A stretch of 64,000 nt of DNA from Longimicrobiales bacterium (GCA_965204735.1 OZ242008.1:3008001-3072000), one strand, 5' to 3'; numbered from the stretch's first letter, positions 19,901 to 29,618 are shown. Numbers and translations: made by a program. Notes: a model not told the origin generated them from the letters alone.

Positions 19901-20337
19901 TCTCGGGCGAAGGCGGGAGCGCGGCGGGCCGCCGGGAGACCGCCAAGGCCGTGGAGGCGCAGGCCAGCGAAGCCGAAGGCGGGTTCGACATCGACGCGGC
20001 GCTGGACGAGGTGTTGGACGACGACGCCCGCCCCGAGCCCCTCGTCACCATGACCGACCTGGACCGGGTGATCGGCTCGCCCGACCTGCTCGCGCCCGAC
20101 ACGCGGGTCCAGCCCCTGGGCAACCGCGAGTACGGCTTCACCCCGCCCGGGTCCACCGAGCCGGTGCGCGTCACCACCGACCCCGACCATCACCGCGACC
20201 ACCCCGACAGCGTGGAGCTGTGGTCGCCCGGCAACCGCCTCTTTCGGGCGCCGGAGGGCGTGAACGACCAGCGCCGCGACTGGCCCCCGGACGCCGCTCT
20301 GAAGGACATCCTGGACGGCCGACCCGGGTCGTCGTGA
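16951..20337 (+). CDS. PLD-like nuclease fused to SNF2 helicase (DUF499/DUF1156 restriction-like system)
   Basis: YDRLTGYF, FHEKTG..TGSLNET (PLD-like), DEVGLGKT, DEAHH, LLTATP, VFTQYTDT, EGLNFQ..NYDMPWNP..QRIGRIDR. Confidence 0.93.
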   Translation: MLSDRKWELAYTTDDGPLAECFYVPALRHAVRYDRLTGYFNAGALTLAARGIEGLVRNNGVMRMIVGCTLEQEEIGAIQRGDQLRNAVEQRLASIPLAPDPNETDALELLAWMVARKHLEVKVAVPCDAGARRPIPNGAIFHEKTGVVEDRAGDRVAWTGSLNETPSGWQYNWERIQVYTSWRDGERVAGLEADFDKLWNDQARRATVLTLPEAVRRDLLRFLPKDDKPPARLQEREETTRPGLGSDSGLPPGLEGTIREPSPPTYGDADADKRVFRDRVWSFIKQAPAMAGGGGRVGEATAAVEPWPHQARAFRRMYDGWPPRLLVADEVGLGKTIQAGMLLRQAWLSGRAKRILVLAPKAVLRQWQVELYEKFNLNWPIYDKGEMTWHPSPALRGRHVRPAASDRWHQEPVVIASSYLMRRSDRRQALLEDAEPWDLIVLDEAHHARRRGAAGASDGAPNTLLRLMEGLKDRTKGLVLLTATPMQVRPGELWDLLQLLGLPPEWTPAEFVEFFEHAQRADPTPAAFERMARLFQATERRYGAMAPAQLARALEGLSRLQARKVVRALRDRAETPRRQLSGAQREAALRLMRVNTPVRRLVSRHTRELLREYHRRGLLATRIADRDVDDRFVQMSADERELYEAVEEYIATTYNQASEEERRAVGFVMTIYRRRLASSFRALRRTLERRVGGEGGPSGDTAGGTGGTAGGVDADPSLAEATLAEDVSDDEVADDPALDEDAVAKALRESLRAEEAEDVRRLLDQIARLPPDSKLAALKDALDDLRERGHRQVMVFTQYTDTMDFLREELAGDAGALEAGTARDAGSAPASAGSAPTSAGSAPTSAGSAPKLMCYSGRGGEVPGTDGWRPVDRDTVKRRFRDGQADVLLCTEAAAEGLNFQFCGALVNYDMPWNPMRVEQRIGRIDRVGQQHPTIRIVNLHYADTVETDIYRVLRERIGLFAKMVGRLQPILARLPGTITRAVLSGEGGSAAGRRETAKAVEAQASEAEGGFDIDAALDEVLDDDARPEPLVTMTDLDRVIGSPDLLAPDTRVQPLGNREYGFTPPGSTEPVRVTTDPDHHRDHPDSVELWSPGNRLFRAPEGVNDQRRDWPPDAALKDILDGRPGSS
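19423..19500 (+). repeat. In-frame 21-bp tandem repeat, about 3.7 copies, inside the helicase gene
   Basis: GCCGGCTCCGCCCC(A/C)..AAG(C/T) units encoding AGSAP(A/T)S. Confidence 0.9.
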
Positions 20338-20463
20338 AGCAAGCATCCGCACGTCGCCCTTTCGCGCTTGAATCCGCTCCCCCGCTCTCGTAGCTTGCAC
20401 TTCCCAGAGGCGGAGAGACCGTCTTCCGCCCGATCAGCGGCTTCGCCTGTCCCTGGGGGAACG

Positions 20464-22302
20464 ATGAGGTCGATCTTCAAGATGTCCGGGCCGGCCTGGC
20501 CGCCCATCGCGGCGCTGGTCCTCCTGGGAATGCTGCAAGGTTCGCCGTCGGCGTCGGAACCGGCGGCGCCCGCTTCCTTCGAATGGGCCGAACGCACGCT
20601 GGCCTCGCTCACCGTTCGCGAGAAGGCGGGACAGCTCGTCATGCCCTGGCTGATGGGCGACTTCGTGGGCGCGGGCGACGAGGGCGACCTGAAGACGCTG
20701 GAGTGGGTCGAGGAGCTGGGCGTCGGGGGCGTGATCATGTCGATCGGCTCGCCCACGGAAGTCGCGGCCAAGCTGAACCACTTGCAGAGCCGCTCCAAGG
20801 TGCCCCTCCTGGTCGCGGCCGACCTGGAGACCGGGGCCGGCTACAGGCTTCGGGGCGCCATGTACATGCCCGGCTCCACCGAGCTCGGGGGCGCAACCGA
20901 CTTTCCTTCGCTCATGGCCGTGGGCGCAGCCGGCGACGCGGAGCTGGCCTACGAGATGGGACGGATCACGGCCGTCGAGGCCCGGGCAGTGGGGATTCAC
21001 GTTCCCTTCGCCCCGGTGCTGGACGTGAACGTCAACCCCGAGAACCCGATCATCAACGTGCGCTCCTTCGGCGAGGACCCGGAGCGCGTGGCCGAGCTGG
21101 GCGCCGCCTTCGTGCGCGGCGTGCAGGAACACGGGACCGTTGCCGTGGGCAAGCACTTTCCAGGCCACGGAGACACCGACGTGGACTCCCACCTGGACCT
21201 TCCCGTGATCCGCCACGACCGGGCGCGGCTGGACTCGGTGGAGCTCCGCCCCTTCCAAGCGGCCTTCGACGCGGGGCTGGGGGGCGTGATGACCGCGCAC
21301 ATATCGATGCCGTCCCTCACGGGAGGACGGGAGCCGTCCACCCTTTCGCGCCCCGTGCTCACCGACCTGCTGCGCAACGAGATGGGCTTCGGCGGGCTCG
21401 TCTTCACCGACGCCATGGACATGCGGGCGATCACCCGAGGCTGGGGCGGAGCGGAAGCGGCGCTTCGGGCGCTCCAGGCAGGGGCCGACGTGATCCTCAT
21501 GCCCCCTTCGCCGGCAGATGCGATCGACGCCGTGGTCCGGGCGGTCGGGTCGGGCCGGCTGACGGAGGAGCGGCTGGACGCGTCGGTGCGGCGCATCCTC
21601 CAGGCCAAGGAGGCGCTGGGGCTGGACGCAAAGCGCCTTGTGCCGATCGAGGACGTGCGCAGGCTGGTCGGCGTGCCCGCTCACGCGGAGGCCGCTGCCG
21701 AGGTGGCCCGGCGCTCGATCACCGTCCTCAAGAACGGGCGCAACCTGTTGCCGTTGGCCGGAACCCGCCGGGCTCGCGTAATGTCCGTCACCTACCGGCG
21801 CCGGTCGGACGTGCTGTCGGGCCGCTACTTCAACCGTCGGCTCCGAGAGACCTATCCAAGGCTGGCCACCGCATACCTGCACGCCGACACCCCCGCCGAC
21901 GTGTACGAGTCCCTTGCCGGCCGAGGAAGACGCCAGGCGCTGGTGATCGTGAGCCTGTACGTGAACGCGGTCGCCTCCCCGGACGAAGCAGCCCTGCCCG
22001 AGGAGACGACGGAGTTCATCGAGCAGCTGGCACGCAGCGGCGTGCCCCACGTCGTCGTCTCCTTCGGCAATCCATACCTGATCTCCGAGTTCCCGGACGC
22101 GCGCGCCTACGTGCTGGCGTGGAGCGGCTCCGAGGCCAGCCAGACGGCCGCCGCCGGAGCACTTCTCGGGGACTTTGCCGTGTCGGGCAAGACGCCGACG
22201 GCGCTTCCGCCCCTGTACAAGATCGGCGACGGAATCGAACTGCACGCCAAGTCGGGCGGCCGATTCCCCGCGGCCGCGCGCCCGGCCCAGGAGATGCAGT
22301 AG
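20464..22302 (+). CDS. nagZ: GH3 beta-N-acetylhexosaminidase with signal peptide
   Basis: KHFPGHGDTDVDSH motif, FAPVLDVN.NPENPIINVRSFGEDP, FTDAMDM, GH3 C-terminal domain. Confidence 0.9.
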   Translation: MRSIFKMSGPAWPPIAALVLLGMLQGSPSASEPAAPASFEWAERTLASLTVREKAGQLVMPWLMGDFVGAGDEGDLKTLEWVEELGVGGVIMSIGSPTEVAAKLNHLQSRSKVPLLVAADLETGAGYRLRGAMYMPGSTELGGATDFPSLMAVGAAGDAELAYEMGRITAVEARAVGIHVPFAPVLDVNVNPENPIINVRSFGEDPERVAELGAAFVRGVQEHGTVAVGKHFPGHGDTDVDSHLDLPVIRHDRARLDSVELRPFQAAFDAGLGGVMTAHISMPSLTGGREPSTLSRPVLTDLLRNEMGFGGLVFTDAMDMRAITRGWGGAEAALRALQAGADVILMPPSPADAIDAVVRAVGSGRLTEERLDASVRRILQAKEALGLDAKRLVPIEDVRRLVGVPAHAEAAAEVARRSITVLKNGRNLLPLAGTRRARVMSVTYRRRSDVLSGRYFNRRLRETYPRLATAYLHADTPADVYESLAGRGRRQALVIVSLYVNAVASPDEAALPEETTEFIEQLARSGVPHVVVSFGNPYLISEFPDARAYVLAWSGSEASQTAAAGALLGDFAVSGKTPTALPPLYKIGDGIELHAKSGGRFPAAARPAQEMQ

Positions 22303-22356
22303 GCGTGCGCCGCTTCGGCGCCGAGATCCCGGTCCGGGGAATGTGACCTCGTCCGG

Positions 22357-23028
22357 ATGTGTCGCCTGCTTTGCGTCGAGGCTTCCGGCGGCTTCGACAT
22401 GGAGGAGCACTTCGCAGCCTTTGCGGCGATTGCGCAGCACAGCGTCGAATACCAGGGACACGGCTGGGGATGCGCTTGGCGCGAGGACGGCCGGTGGCGC
22501 ACGCATCACAGCATCAAGCCCGTCTGGGAAGACGCCTTCCGTCCCCCGGGCCGAACGACCTTGCTGCTGGCCCACGCCCGGAGCGCGTTTCGCAACGAAG
22601 GGATCCGTGTCGACAACAACATGCCCTTCCACCAAGGGGAACGCTTCTTCGCCTTCAACGGCGAGATGCACGGGGTTCGCATCCGAGAGAGCGGCCGGAT
22701 CGGCGCAGAGAAGGTGTTCAACTTTGTGCAGCGCTTCGACCGGGGGGACTTGCGCCTTGCGCTGGAACGCGGGTTGGGCGCGATCGAACGACGCACCCGC
22801 TACTTGCGCGCGATGAACGTCGTGCTGGCCGAGCCGTCGCAAGTATGCTTCGCCAGCCGCTTCAACGAGTCGCCCGAGTACTTCCAGATGCAGCGCTGCA
22901 CGGTGGGCGGCGCGCGGATCGTGTCTTCGGAACGCTATCCGCCGCCCTTCCTGCCGGGGGCCGGATGGACGCCGGTGCCGAACGGCGAGGTCGGCGGCTG
23001 GGCGGTCGCACCGCCCGGGGAACGGTAG
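22357..23028 (+). CDS. Class II glutamine amidotransferase-like (YafJ/EgtC-type) protein
   Basis: N-terminal MCRLL, HGWG, AHARSA, NNMPF, FAFNG. Confidence 0.8.
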   Translation: MCRLLCVEASGGFDMEEHFAAFAAIAQHSVEYQGHGWGCAWREDGRWRTHHSIKPVWEDAFRPPGRTTLLLAHARSAFRNEGIRVDNNMPFHQGERFFAFNGEMHGVRIRESGRIGAEKVFNFVQRFDRGDLRLALERGLGAIERRTRYLRAMNVVLAEPSQVCFASRFNESPEYFQMQRCTVGGARIVSSERYPPPFLPGAGWTPVPNGEVGGWAVAPPGER

Positions 23029-23038
23029 GCGCGCAGCC

Positions 23039-24184
23039 ATGGATATCCGCGTCGACCCGGACATCCGCAAGGCGGCAACGCTGCCCGGCGCGCTGTACCA
23101 CTCCGCCGAAGCGTACGAGCTGCAGCGAGAACGCGTGTTCGCGCGGGCCTGGCATTTCGTCGCCGACCTGAACCGGTTGAAGGCGCCCGGCCACGTCCTG
23201 CCGCTCGAGCTGCTCCCGGGCTGCCTGGACGAGCCGGTCGTCGTCGTTCGGGGTGCCCAGGGCACGGTGCGCTGCCTGTCGAACGTGTGCACCCACCGCG
23301 GCGCGATCGTCGTGGAGGGCGAAGGCCACGTCAACACCTTGAAGTGCCGCTACCACGGCCGCCGCTTCAACCTGGACGGCTCGTTCCGCTCCATGCCCGA
23401 GTTCGACGGCGTGGAAGGCTTCCCGTGCCCCGCCGACGACCTGCCGCGCCTGGCGACCGGCACGTGGGGACCGTTCCTCTTCGCCAGCCTCGACCCCTTG
23501 CCCGCTTGTCCCTTCGACGAATGGATCGCGCCGGTCGCCGAGCGGTGCGGCTGGATGCCCCTGGACCAGATGCGCTTCGACGCCGACGGCGCGCGGGAGT
23601 ACCTGATCGACGCCAACTGGGCGCTGTACTGCGACAACTACCTGGAGGAGTTCCACATCCCCCACGTCCACGGCGCCAGCTTGGCCGGCCTGGACTACGG
23701 CGCCTACCGAACCGAGCGCTTCGCGTGGTCGAACCTCCAGTTCGGCGTGGGCCGGTCCGGGGAGCCGGCGTTCGAGCTCCCGGACCAGCACCCGGACGCG
23801 GGCGAGTCGATGGCGGCGTACTACTTCTGGCTCTTCCCGAACCTGATGCTGAACTTCTATCCGTGGGGCGTCTCCGTGAACGTCGTGGCCCCCTTGGGCA
23901 AAGACCGGACCCGAGTGTCGTTCCTGCCCTTCGTGTGGGACGAGTCGCTCCGCGGTCGAGGCGTGGGCGGCGACCTGCACCGAGTCGAGATGGAGGACGA
24001 AGAGGTCGTCGAGTCCCAGCACAGGGGGCTCGCCTCCCGACTCTACCGCCGAGGCCGCTTCTCTCCCCGCCGCGAAGTCGGCACGCACCACTTCCACAGC
24101 CTGCTGGCGAAGGCGATGGGCGCGGACAACGCGGACAACCGATCCCGTCGCCCGAGTCGCGGAACGTCTACGGCGACTCCTTGA
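23039..24184 (+). CDS. Rieske aromatic-ring-hydroxylating / choline monooxygenase-like alpha subunit
   Basis: CTHRG..CRYHG Rieske motif, NW..YCDNYLEEFHIPHVH iron site, EDEEVVES. Confidence 0.9.
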   Translation: MDIRVDPDIRKAATLPGALYHSAEAYELQRERVFARAWHFVADLNRLKAPGHVLPLELLPGCLDEPVVVVRGAQGTVRCLSNVCTHRGAIVVEGEGHVNTLKCRYHGRRFNLDGSFRSMPEFDGVEGFPCPADDLPRLATGTWGPFLFASLDPLPACPFDEWIAPVAERCGWMPLDQMRFDADGAREYLIDANWALYCDNYLEEFHIPHVHGASLAGLDYGAYRTERFAWSNLQFGVGRSGEPAFELPDQHPDAGESMAAYYFWLFPNLMLNFYPWGVSVNVVAPLGKDRTRVSFLPFVWDESLRGRGVGGDLHRVEMEDEEVVESQHRGLASRLYRRGRFSPRREVGTHHFHSLLAKAMGADNADNRSRRPSRGTSTATP

Positions 24185-26309
24185 AGCGCATCGCCCAGAG
24201 GCCCGAGTTGATGTCGGCGAACCAGACGAGGTTCTTGTGGGGCATCACGCTCCAGGCGCCGGGCGAGTTGGGGATGAAGCCCACCGGGTCGAAGGCCTTG
24301 TAGACGGCGATCTCGCGGCCCTGCGTGTACAAGTTGCCCATGAGCTCGCCGGAGACGTCGACGAGCCTCATTCCGCCCTCGTAGTACGCTTGGTAGAGGA
24401 TGTCGTCCTCGACCCAGATGTTGTGCGTGCCGAACTCGGACACTTCGTAGCGCGCCACCATCCTGGGGTTCTCGGGGTCGTCGAAGTCGACGACCTGGAT
24501 GTAGCCCCAGCTCGCCCTGGGATATCCGCCCCTCCCGGTGGCCGGATCGTACTTCTGACGGTAGTCGGGACCGATGCCCTCCCACGCCATTCCTTCTCGG
24601 GTGAGTATCTCGTCGCCGATGAAGAGGTAGAACTTCCCGGCGGACTCGGACACGTAGGGGAAGACGGCGTGAGTGGCGCCCGTGGGAACCGGAAGGGTGC
24701 TGATCAGGACCGGGGCGTCTATTGCGCCGCCCCAGCGTCCGTTGCCCACGTCCACGGCCACCACGCCCGCGCCCCACTCGGCGGAGTAGGCGATGCCGTC
24801 GTGGACCCACACGTCGTGGACCCCGGCGTCGGGGTGGTCGTACTCGGAGACGTACTTGGGGTCGTAGATGTCGCGCACGTCCAGGATCACGTACTTGTCG
24901 CCGTTGGAGAGGGCGAAGAGGTGGTCGTTCGTGGGGAACGCGTTGTGCACGCCGCCCGTCAGCCCCTCCGTGTACTCCGCGGCGATCTTGGGGTGGGCCG
25001 GGTCCGCCAAGTCCAGGATCACCACGCCGTTGCGGCGGTTGGAAGCGCCTTCGCGGGTCAGCGACGCGTAGCGGCCGTCGGGGGACACCTTCACGTCGTT
25101 GACGGAGCGCGCATCGACCTGGATGGAGTCGGTCTTGATCACGTTTTCGGGGTCGGTCACGTCGAAGACGAAGCCGTGTCCGTCCGACTGCTTGGCGCCC
25201 ACCAGGGCGTAGTCGCGGCCGTCCACGCCCTCGAAGACCCAGAAGTCGGTGCTGTACACCCGCTCCTGGCGCCCCCGCCCCACCACGTCCATGGAGCGGA
25301 CCACCTTGCGGGGCACGACCTCGAAGGTGCGGACGGCGCGCAAGGGGCCGGAGCGGGCCACGACCGTGAACTCGCCCGGCACGTCGGCGACGAACTTGCC
25401 GCCGTCGATCTGGCCCGGCGCGGGCGGCGCAACGATCCCCTGGGACGGCTCGTAGCGGTGGCTCCACAGGACCGGCGCCTCCGTCCACTCGGCGCCCGCC
25501 GCATCGCGCACCACGGCGCGGAACGTCTGGACGTCGCCCGTGCGGACCTCCTGGTCGCCCTCGGCGCCGCCCTCGATCGAGATCGCGGCGCCGGGGAACG
25601 CCGCCACCACCTGCTCCAACCCGCCGGTCGCGCCCTCGAAGGCGGCCTGGACGCGCACCGGACCTGGCTCCCGCCCCGTCACGCGACCGAAAGCGTCCAC
25701 CTCGGCCCTGGCCGGGTCGCTGACGCTCCACGCGAACTCGGCGCCGGGGCGGCGCGTGCCGTCGGCGTGCAGGGCCACGGCCGCGTGAGAAGTGACGGCG
25801 CCCGCGTACACCGCTCCGGCGCCGGTCACCGCCACCCGCGCCACGGGCGGCCAATCCACCACCACCGGGATCGCCAGCCGGAGCAGCCGCCCGCCGGGCC
25901 CGGGCCGGACGGTCGCGACCACGATCTCGTACTCGCCCACCGCCAGCGCCGTGACCTCGGTCCCGTCGAGCGACAGCCCCTGCCTGGGCGCCGCCACCCG
26001 CAGCGGCTCGTCCACGACCCTGCCCTGCCCGTCCAGCAGGCGAACCGCGAACTCGGCGCGGGCGCCCCGCTCGACGACCAAGCTGGTCGGCTCGGCCTCG
26101 ATCCGTACGGCGGTCTGGGGCGCAGAGGAGGCTCCGGCAAGGGGCGCGGAAGCCGCAGACGCGCCCAGCCCCGCAAGAGCGGCGACCGCCGCAACGAAGA
26201 CCCCGACGCGCGCCGACACGGCCGGCAGCGCTCGGCGCGACGTGCCGGGGCAAGACGACGACATTGGCGACGCCGAGGCGCTGGCTACCCGTCCGACCAA
26301 CCTCTTCAC
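24168..26309 (-). CDS. Secreted Ig-like plus LVIVD-repeat beta-propeller protein
   Basis: Signal-like N-terminus, Big_2-like repeats, repeated (V/I)xD(V/L)xDPxxP units with H-N/H-D motifs. GTGA-coupled to the upstream gene. Confidence 0.75.
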   Translation of the reverse strand: MKRLVGRVASASASPMSSSCPGTSRRALPAVSARVGVFVAAVAALAGLGASAASAPLAGASSAPQTAVRIEAEPTSLVVERGARAEFAVRLLDGQGRVVDEPLRVAAPRQGLSLDGTEVTALAVGEYEIVVATVRPGPGGRLLRLAIPVVVDWPPVARVAVTGAGAVYAGAVTSHAAVALHADGTRRPGAEFAWSVSDPARAEVDAFGRVTGREPGPVRVQAAFEGATGGLEQVVAAFPGAAISIEGGAEGDQEVRTGDVQTFRAVVRDAAGAEWTEAPVLWSHRYEPSQGIVAPPAPGQIDGGKFVADVPGEFTVVARSGPLRAVRTFEVVPRKVVRSMDVVGRGRQERVYSTDFWVFEGVDGRDYALVGAKQSDGHGFVFDVTDPENVIKTDSIQVDARSVNDVKVSPDGRYASLTREGASNRRNGVVILDLADPAHPKIAAEYTEGLTGGVHNAFPTNDHLFALSNGDKYVILDVRDIYDPKYVSEYDHPDAGVHDVWVHDGIAYSAEWGAGVVAVDVGNGRWGGAIDAPVLISTLPVPTGATHAVFPYVSESAGKFYLFIGDEILTREGMAWEGIGPDYRQKYDPATGRGGYPRASWGYIQVVDFDDPENPRMVARYEVSEFGTHNIWVEDDILYQAYYEGGMRLVDVSGELMGNLYTQGREIAVYKAFDPVGFIPNSPGAWSVMPHKNLVWFADINSGLWAMRFKESP

Positions 26310-29300
26310 CGCCTGATCACGCGACTCACGCGCCCTCCCTTGTCGATCACCACCACGGGACCTCGGATCACATCCTCCCCCAGCTCCACGACGGAACGCG
26401 GCGGCCCCCGCAGCGTTGCCGATGCGCTGGGCAATGAGTACGCATCGGCGGCGCCCACGTCAACTTGGTAGCCCATGTCCGCCAGGGACTGGATCGTCAC
26501 CGCGCTGAGGGGACTCGACCGGCCCGGGCTCAGGAACGGGTTCATCAGCTCCGATCCGAAGACGCCGTGGCGCCAGTGCGAATCGTTCGATCCCGCCCCG
26601 GCCCCGTTCTCGACGGGCACCTTGGCTCCCGAGTAGCTCGACCCTCCCGCGGCGTCGAAGGCGGCTATGGCCAACGGCCCGTCGAAGTGGGTGTCGGCGC
26701 CCGGCGTTTCGTTCGCGGAGTTCCGGAGGAAGCCGAAGAGCTCCCACAGCAGACCGATGCCCAGCGTGTGGCCCATTTCGTGGAGCACCACGGAGTGCAG
26801 GCTCGCGTTGTGCAGGTCGCTCGGGTCGTAGTCCATCATCGCCAGCGCCGCCAAGTGCGAGCCTTCGCGCACCGCGCAAACTCCGGCACGGGCCAAGACG
26901 CCGCCCTCGCCGTCGATGTCGTCGGCAACCGCCAAGACCAGCAGATCGTCGAGGAGGAGGGCGTAGTGTCGTGTGTGGCCGAAGCAAGTGAGCTCGCCTT
27001 CCAGCAGGACCTCCGGCAGGTCGCCCGTGACGACGCCCTCCCAGCGACGGGCCGCGCGCCAAAACACCTCTTGGTGCGACGACAGCCCCGCGGCGAAGAG
27101 GATGTCGAAGTCGAACGCTCCCGCCCGGGGGGCTCCGATGACGTCCGCCTCGAAGTGGTGGGAGGCCGCCTCGCCCGACGGGTCCGTGGCCGTGACCGTC
27201 ACCACGGTCCCGCCTCCGCCCGTCGCCGTCAGCACGATCTGCCCGCCGTCCGCTTCGGCGCTCACCACGCCTTCGTCGACCGCCGAGGCCGAGTAGACCA
27301 GGGTCGGATCGTCGTCCGCGAAGTACTGCGCCGCGTCCCAGCGAACGATTGGCCCGCCCAGCTGCATCACGTGATCCAGAATGGCCCCGCGAAGCGTGGG
27401 CGCCTCGTTGCCGAGCTTGGCGAAGAGGCTCAGGGAAGGCCCGACGCGCAGCTCCAGCCCCGAGAAGCCCTCGGGCGGGTCGGGCGCCTCCTCCACTCCG
27501 ACCAGAGTCGGCTCTCGACTGCCTGCGGCCCGGGTCACAAGCACTTCGGCGCTCCGGCTGCGGCCCGCTGGAACCGCCAGCGGCGCGGGCGAGGGCGACC
27601 CGTTCTCGACCGACGCGTCCACGGCGACCTCGAAGGGCGCGCCCCCCTCCACCTTCAACACGATGCTGGCCGGCCCGGGCGCCAGCAGGTTCGTCGCGTC
27701 GGTCCGCTCCAGCTCCAGCTCCAGAGGGAACGGCGCCCCCGGGTTGTCGTCGAGGCGAACCTCCGTCAGCCGGGTCAAGCCCTCGAAGAACCCCGACGGC
27801 AGCTCGGCCAGCCGGTTCCCCTCCAAGCGCAACGTCGAAAGCCCCTCCAGCTCCTGGAAGACCCCTGGGAGCAGCGAAGCGATCCGGTTTCGCTCCAGGC
27901 CGACGTGGGCGACGTTGGGCGCTCCGGCGAAGAAGCTGTCGGGCAAGGCTTCGATCTCGTTGCCTCCGAAGCGAGCGTCCTCGACCTGGTGGGCGTCCGC
28001 CAAGAGGCGCGCCGGCAGCCGGACCAACGCGTTGCCGCCCACGTCGATCCGTCGGAGCCTGCCCAGTCCGGCAAGGGCGCCCTCGGCCAGCTCGGCGATC
28101 GCGTTCTGCGACAGGTCCAGCTCCTCCAGGGCGTCCAGCCCTCCGAAGACGCCTTCCGGCAGCGACTCGAGCCGGTTCTCGCCCAGGTCGAGGACCCGAA
28201 GGACCGCAAGCCCTCCGAAGACGCCTTCGGGCAACGAATCGAGCCGGTTCCCGCCCAGGTCGAGAACCCGAAGGGCCGCAAGTCCGTCGAAGTCCCCGAC
28301 CTTCAAGGTCGTCGGCCGGCGGGCGTCGCCGGGATCTGGCCCGCGCACGCGCAGCTCGCCGATCTCCCGCAGGTCGTCGTCGGCCACCGAAGCGCAGCCG
28401 TCGCTCGCTTCCACCGACAGGACGATCTCGTCCCTTACCCGAGGCGTGCGGTCGCATACGCCTTCCAGAATCGTCGCCGTCGCCGAGAGAGCGTCGCCGA
28501 GCCGATAGTCGTCGGCTTCGTCGGTGGCGTCCAGCGTCACGACGACGACCTCCCGCGTCGGCTCGATCCGATCGTCGTCCACGACGGCGATGCGAACGAC
28601 GCTCGTCGCTTGGCCCGCAGGGATCTCCGTCGTGCCTTGGAAACCGCCGGCGTAGTCCGCCGTGTCCGCGTCGGCGGTCGAGTCGTCGTCGTCGGGAGCC
28701 AGGGAGTAGGCCACCGAGATCGGCGACTGGGGCGCAGGCGAAACCGCGATCGCCAGATCGATCTCCGCTCCCTCGGGCGCGGCAGCTTCGGAAACGCTCA
28801 GCGACACCACGGGAAACGGCTCCGCCGTCGCTGCGACCTGGGCCGACGGCCCCTCCGCCACGGCCGCGGTCAGCGCCTGGACGCCGTCGACCTCCGCCAG
28901 CGTCCACGTGGCTGCGACCACGCCGGCGCTGTCGCTGACGGCGGCGGCCGGGTCAACCGTCCCGTCGCCCGCAAAGGACACCTCGACGCCCTCCACCGGC
29001 GATCCCCCGGCATCGGCGACCCGGACGACCACGGGTTCGGGCAGCGCCCGGCCGGGCCGCCCCTTCTGTCCGTCGCCCGACACCGCCTCCACCGACGCGG
29101 GACGCTGGCGCACCGTCGCCGTCGCCGAGTCGCTCAGCCCCTCGAGAGACGCGACCACCGTCGCCGTGCCGTTCGACACCGCCACGACCACGCCGTCGGC
29201 GCCCGCCTCGACCACTTGCCGGTCGCTGCTGGACCAGGCGACGGTCCCCGGGTACGCCGCGCCGTACTGGTCGGTGATCGTCGCAGCGAGAGCGGCGGTC

Positions 29301-29524
29301 GCGCCCAGGTGCCCCAGAACCACGGAATCCGGCGCCACCGTCAAGGCAACGGGGCGGGCCGGCTCGGGCTCGGGCGGAGGCGGAGGCGCAGTGGAATCCC
29401 CCCCGCAGGCGGCCATGGCCAGCGCCGCCAGCAAGCCGGCGGCCGTCGTCGGCGCCGGAGTCCGGGCGAGCGGCCAAGCCGCCCTGCGCCCCGAAGTCAA
29501 CATGGGCAGAGCGTCAGACGTCAT
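26306..29524 (-). CDS. Lipoprotein with Ig-like, Calx-beta, LRR and leishmanolysin-like (M8) metallopeptidase domains (start uncertain)
   Basis: Lipobox AMAAC, LRR units LxxLDLxxNxLxSLPEGVF, HEMGHTLG..SHWR..ELM. Confidence 0.85.
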   Translation of the reverse strand: MTSDALPMLTSGRRAAWPLARTPAPTTAAGLLAALAMAACGGDSTAPPPPPEPEPARPVALTVAPDSVVLGHLGATAALAATITDQYGAAYPGTVAWSSSDRQVVEAGADGVVVAVSNGTATVVASLEGLSDSATATVRQRPASVEAVSGDGQKGRPGRALPEPVVVRVADAGGSPVEGVEVSFAGDGTVDPAAAVSDSAGVVAATWTLAEVDGVQALTAAVAEGPSAQVAATAEPFPVVSLSVSEAAAPEGAEIDLAIAVSPAPQSPISVAYSLAPDDDDSTADADTADYAGGFQGTTEIPAGQATSVVRIAVVDDDRIEPTREVVVVTLDATDEADDYRLGDALSATATILEGVCDRTPRVRDEIVLSVEASDGCASVADDDLREIGELRVRGPDPGDARRPTTLKVGDFDGLAALRVLDLGGNRLDSLPEGVFGGLAVLRVLDLGENRLESLPEGVFGGLDALEELDLSQNAIAELAEGALAGLGRLRRIDVGGNALVRLPARLLADAHQVEDARFGGNEIEALPDSFFAGAPNVAHVGLERNRIASLLPGVFQELEGLSTLRLEGNRLAELPSGFFEGLTRLTEVRLDDNPGAPFPLELELERTDATNLLAPGPASIVLKVEGGAPFEVAVDASVENGSPSPAPLAVPAGRSRSAEVLVTRAAGSREPTLVGVEEAPDPPEGFSGLELRVGPSLSLFAKLGNEAPTLRGAILDHVMQLGGPIVRWDAAQYFADDDPTLVYSASAVDEGVVSAEADGGQIVLTATGGGGTVVTVTATDPSGEAASHHFEADVIGAPRAGAFDFDILFAAGLSSHQEVFWRAARRWEGVVTGDLPEVLLEGELTCFGHTRHYALLLDDLLVLAVADDIDGEGGVLARAGVCAVREGSHLAALAMMDYDPSDLHNASLHSVVLHEMGHTLGIGLLWELFGFLRNSANETPGADTHFDGPLAIAAFDAAGGSSYSGAKVPVENGAGAGSNDSHWRHGVFGSELMNPFLSPGRSSPLSAVTIQSLADMGYQVDVGAADAYSLPSASATLRGPPRSVVELGEDVIRGPVVVIDKGGRVSRVIRR

Positions 29525-29618
29525 CAGTGGTCGGCGGTTGAGATCGGTCGGTCGTCGATCCGTGGCCCCCAACATACCGGCCCGCGAAGGCGCCAAGCAA
29601 GCCCGGCGCTAGTCGAAG

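Noticed and set aside
13900..20337. 2145-aa methyltransferase-helicase fusion ORF in the track
   Set aside because: Produced by the +1 frameshift at ~15835. The middle ~370 aa are off-frame Gly/Arg-rich text; the true methylase C-terminus is 15839-16948 and the helicase starts at 16951.
16483..20400. Long antisense and alternate-frame ORFs (1305 aa, 1141 aa, and similar ones across the window)
   Set aside because: Shadows of real genes in high-GC DNA, with no recognisable motifs.
22357..24184. Ergothioneine or betaine pathway cluster
   Set aside because: No egtB/egtD or reductase genes adjacent, and substrates cannot be inferred from the motifs.
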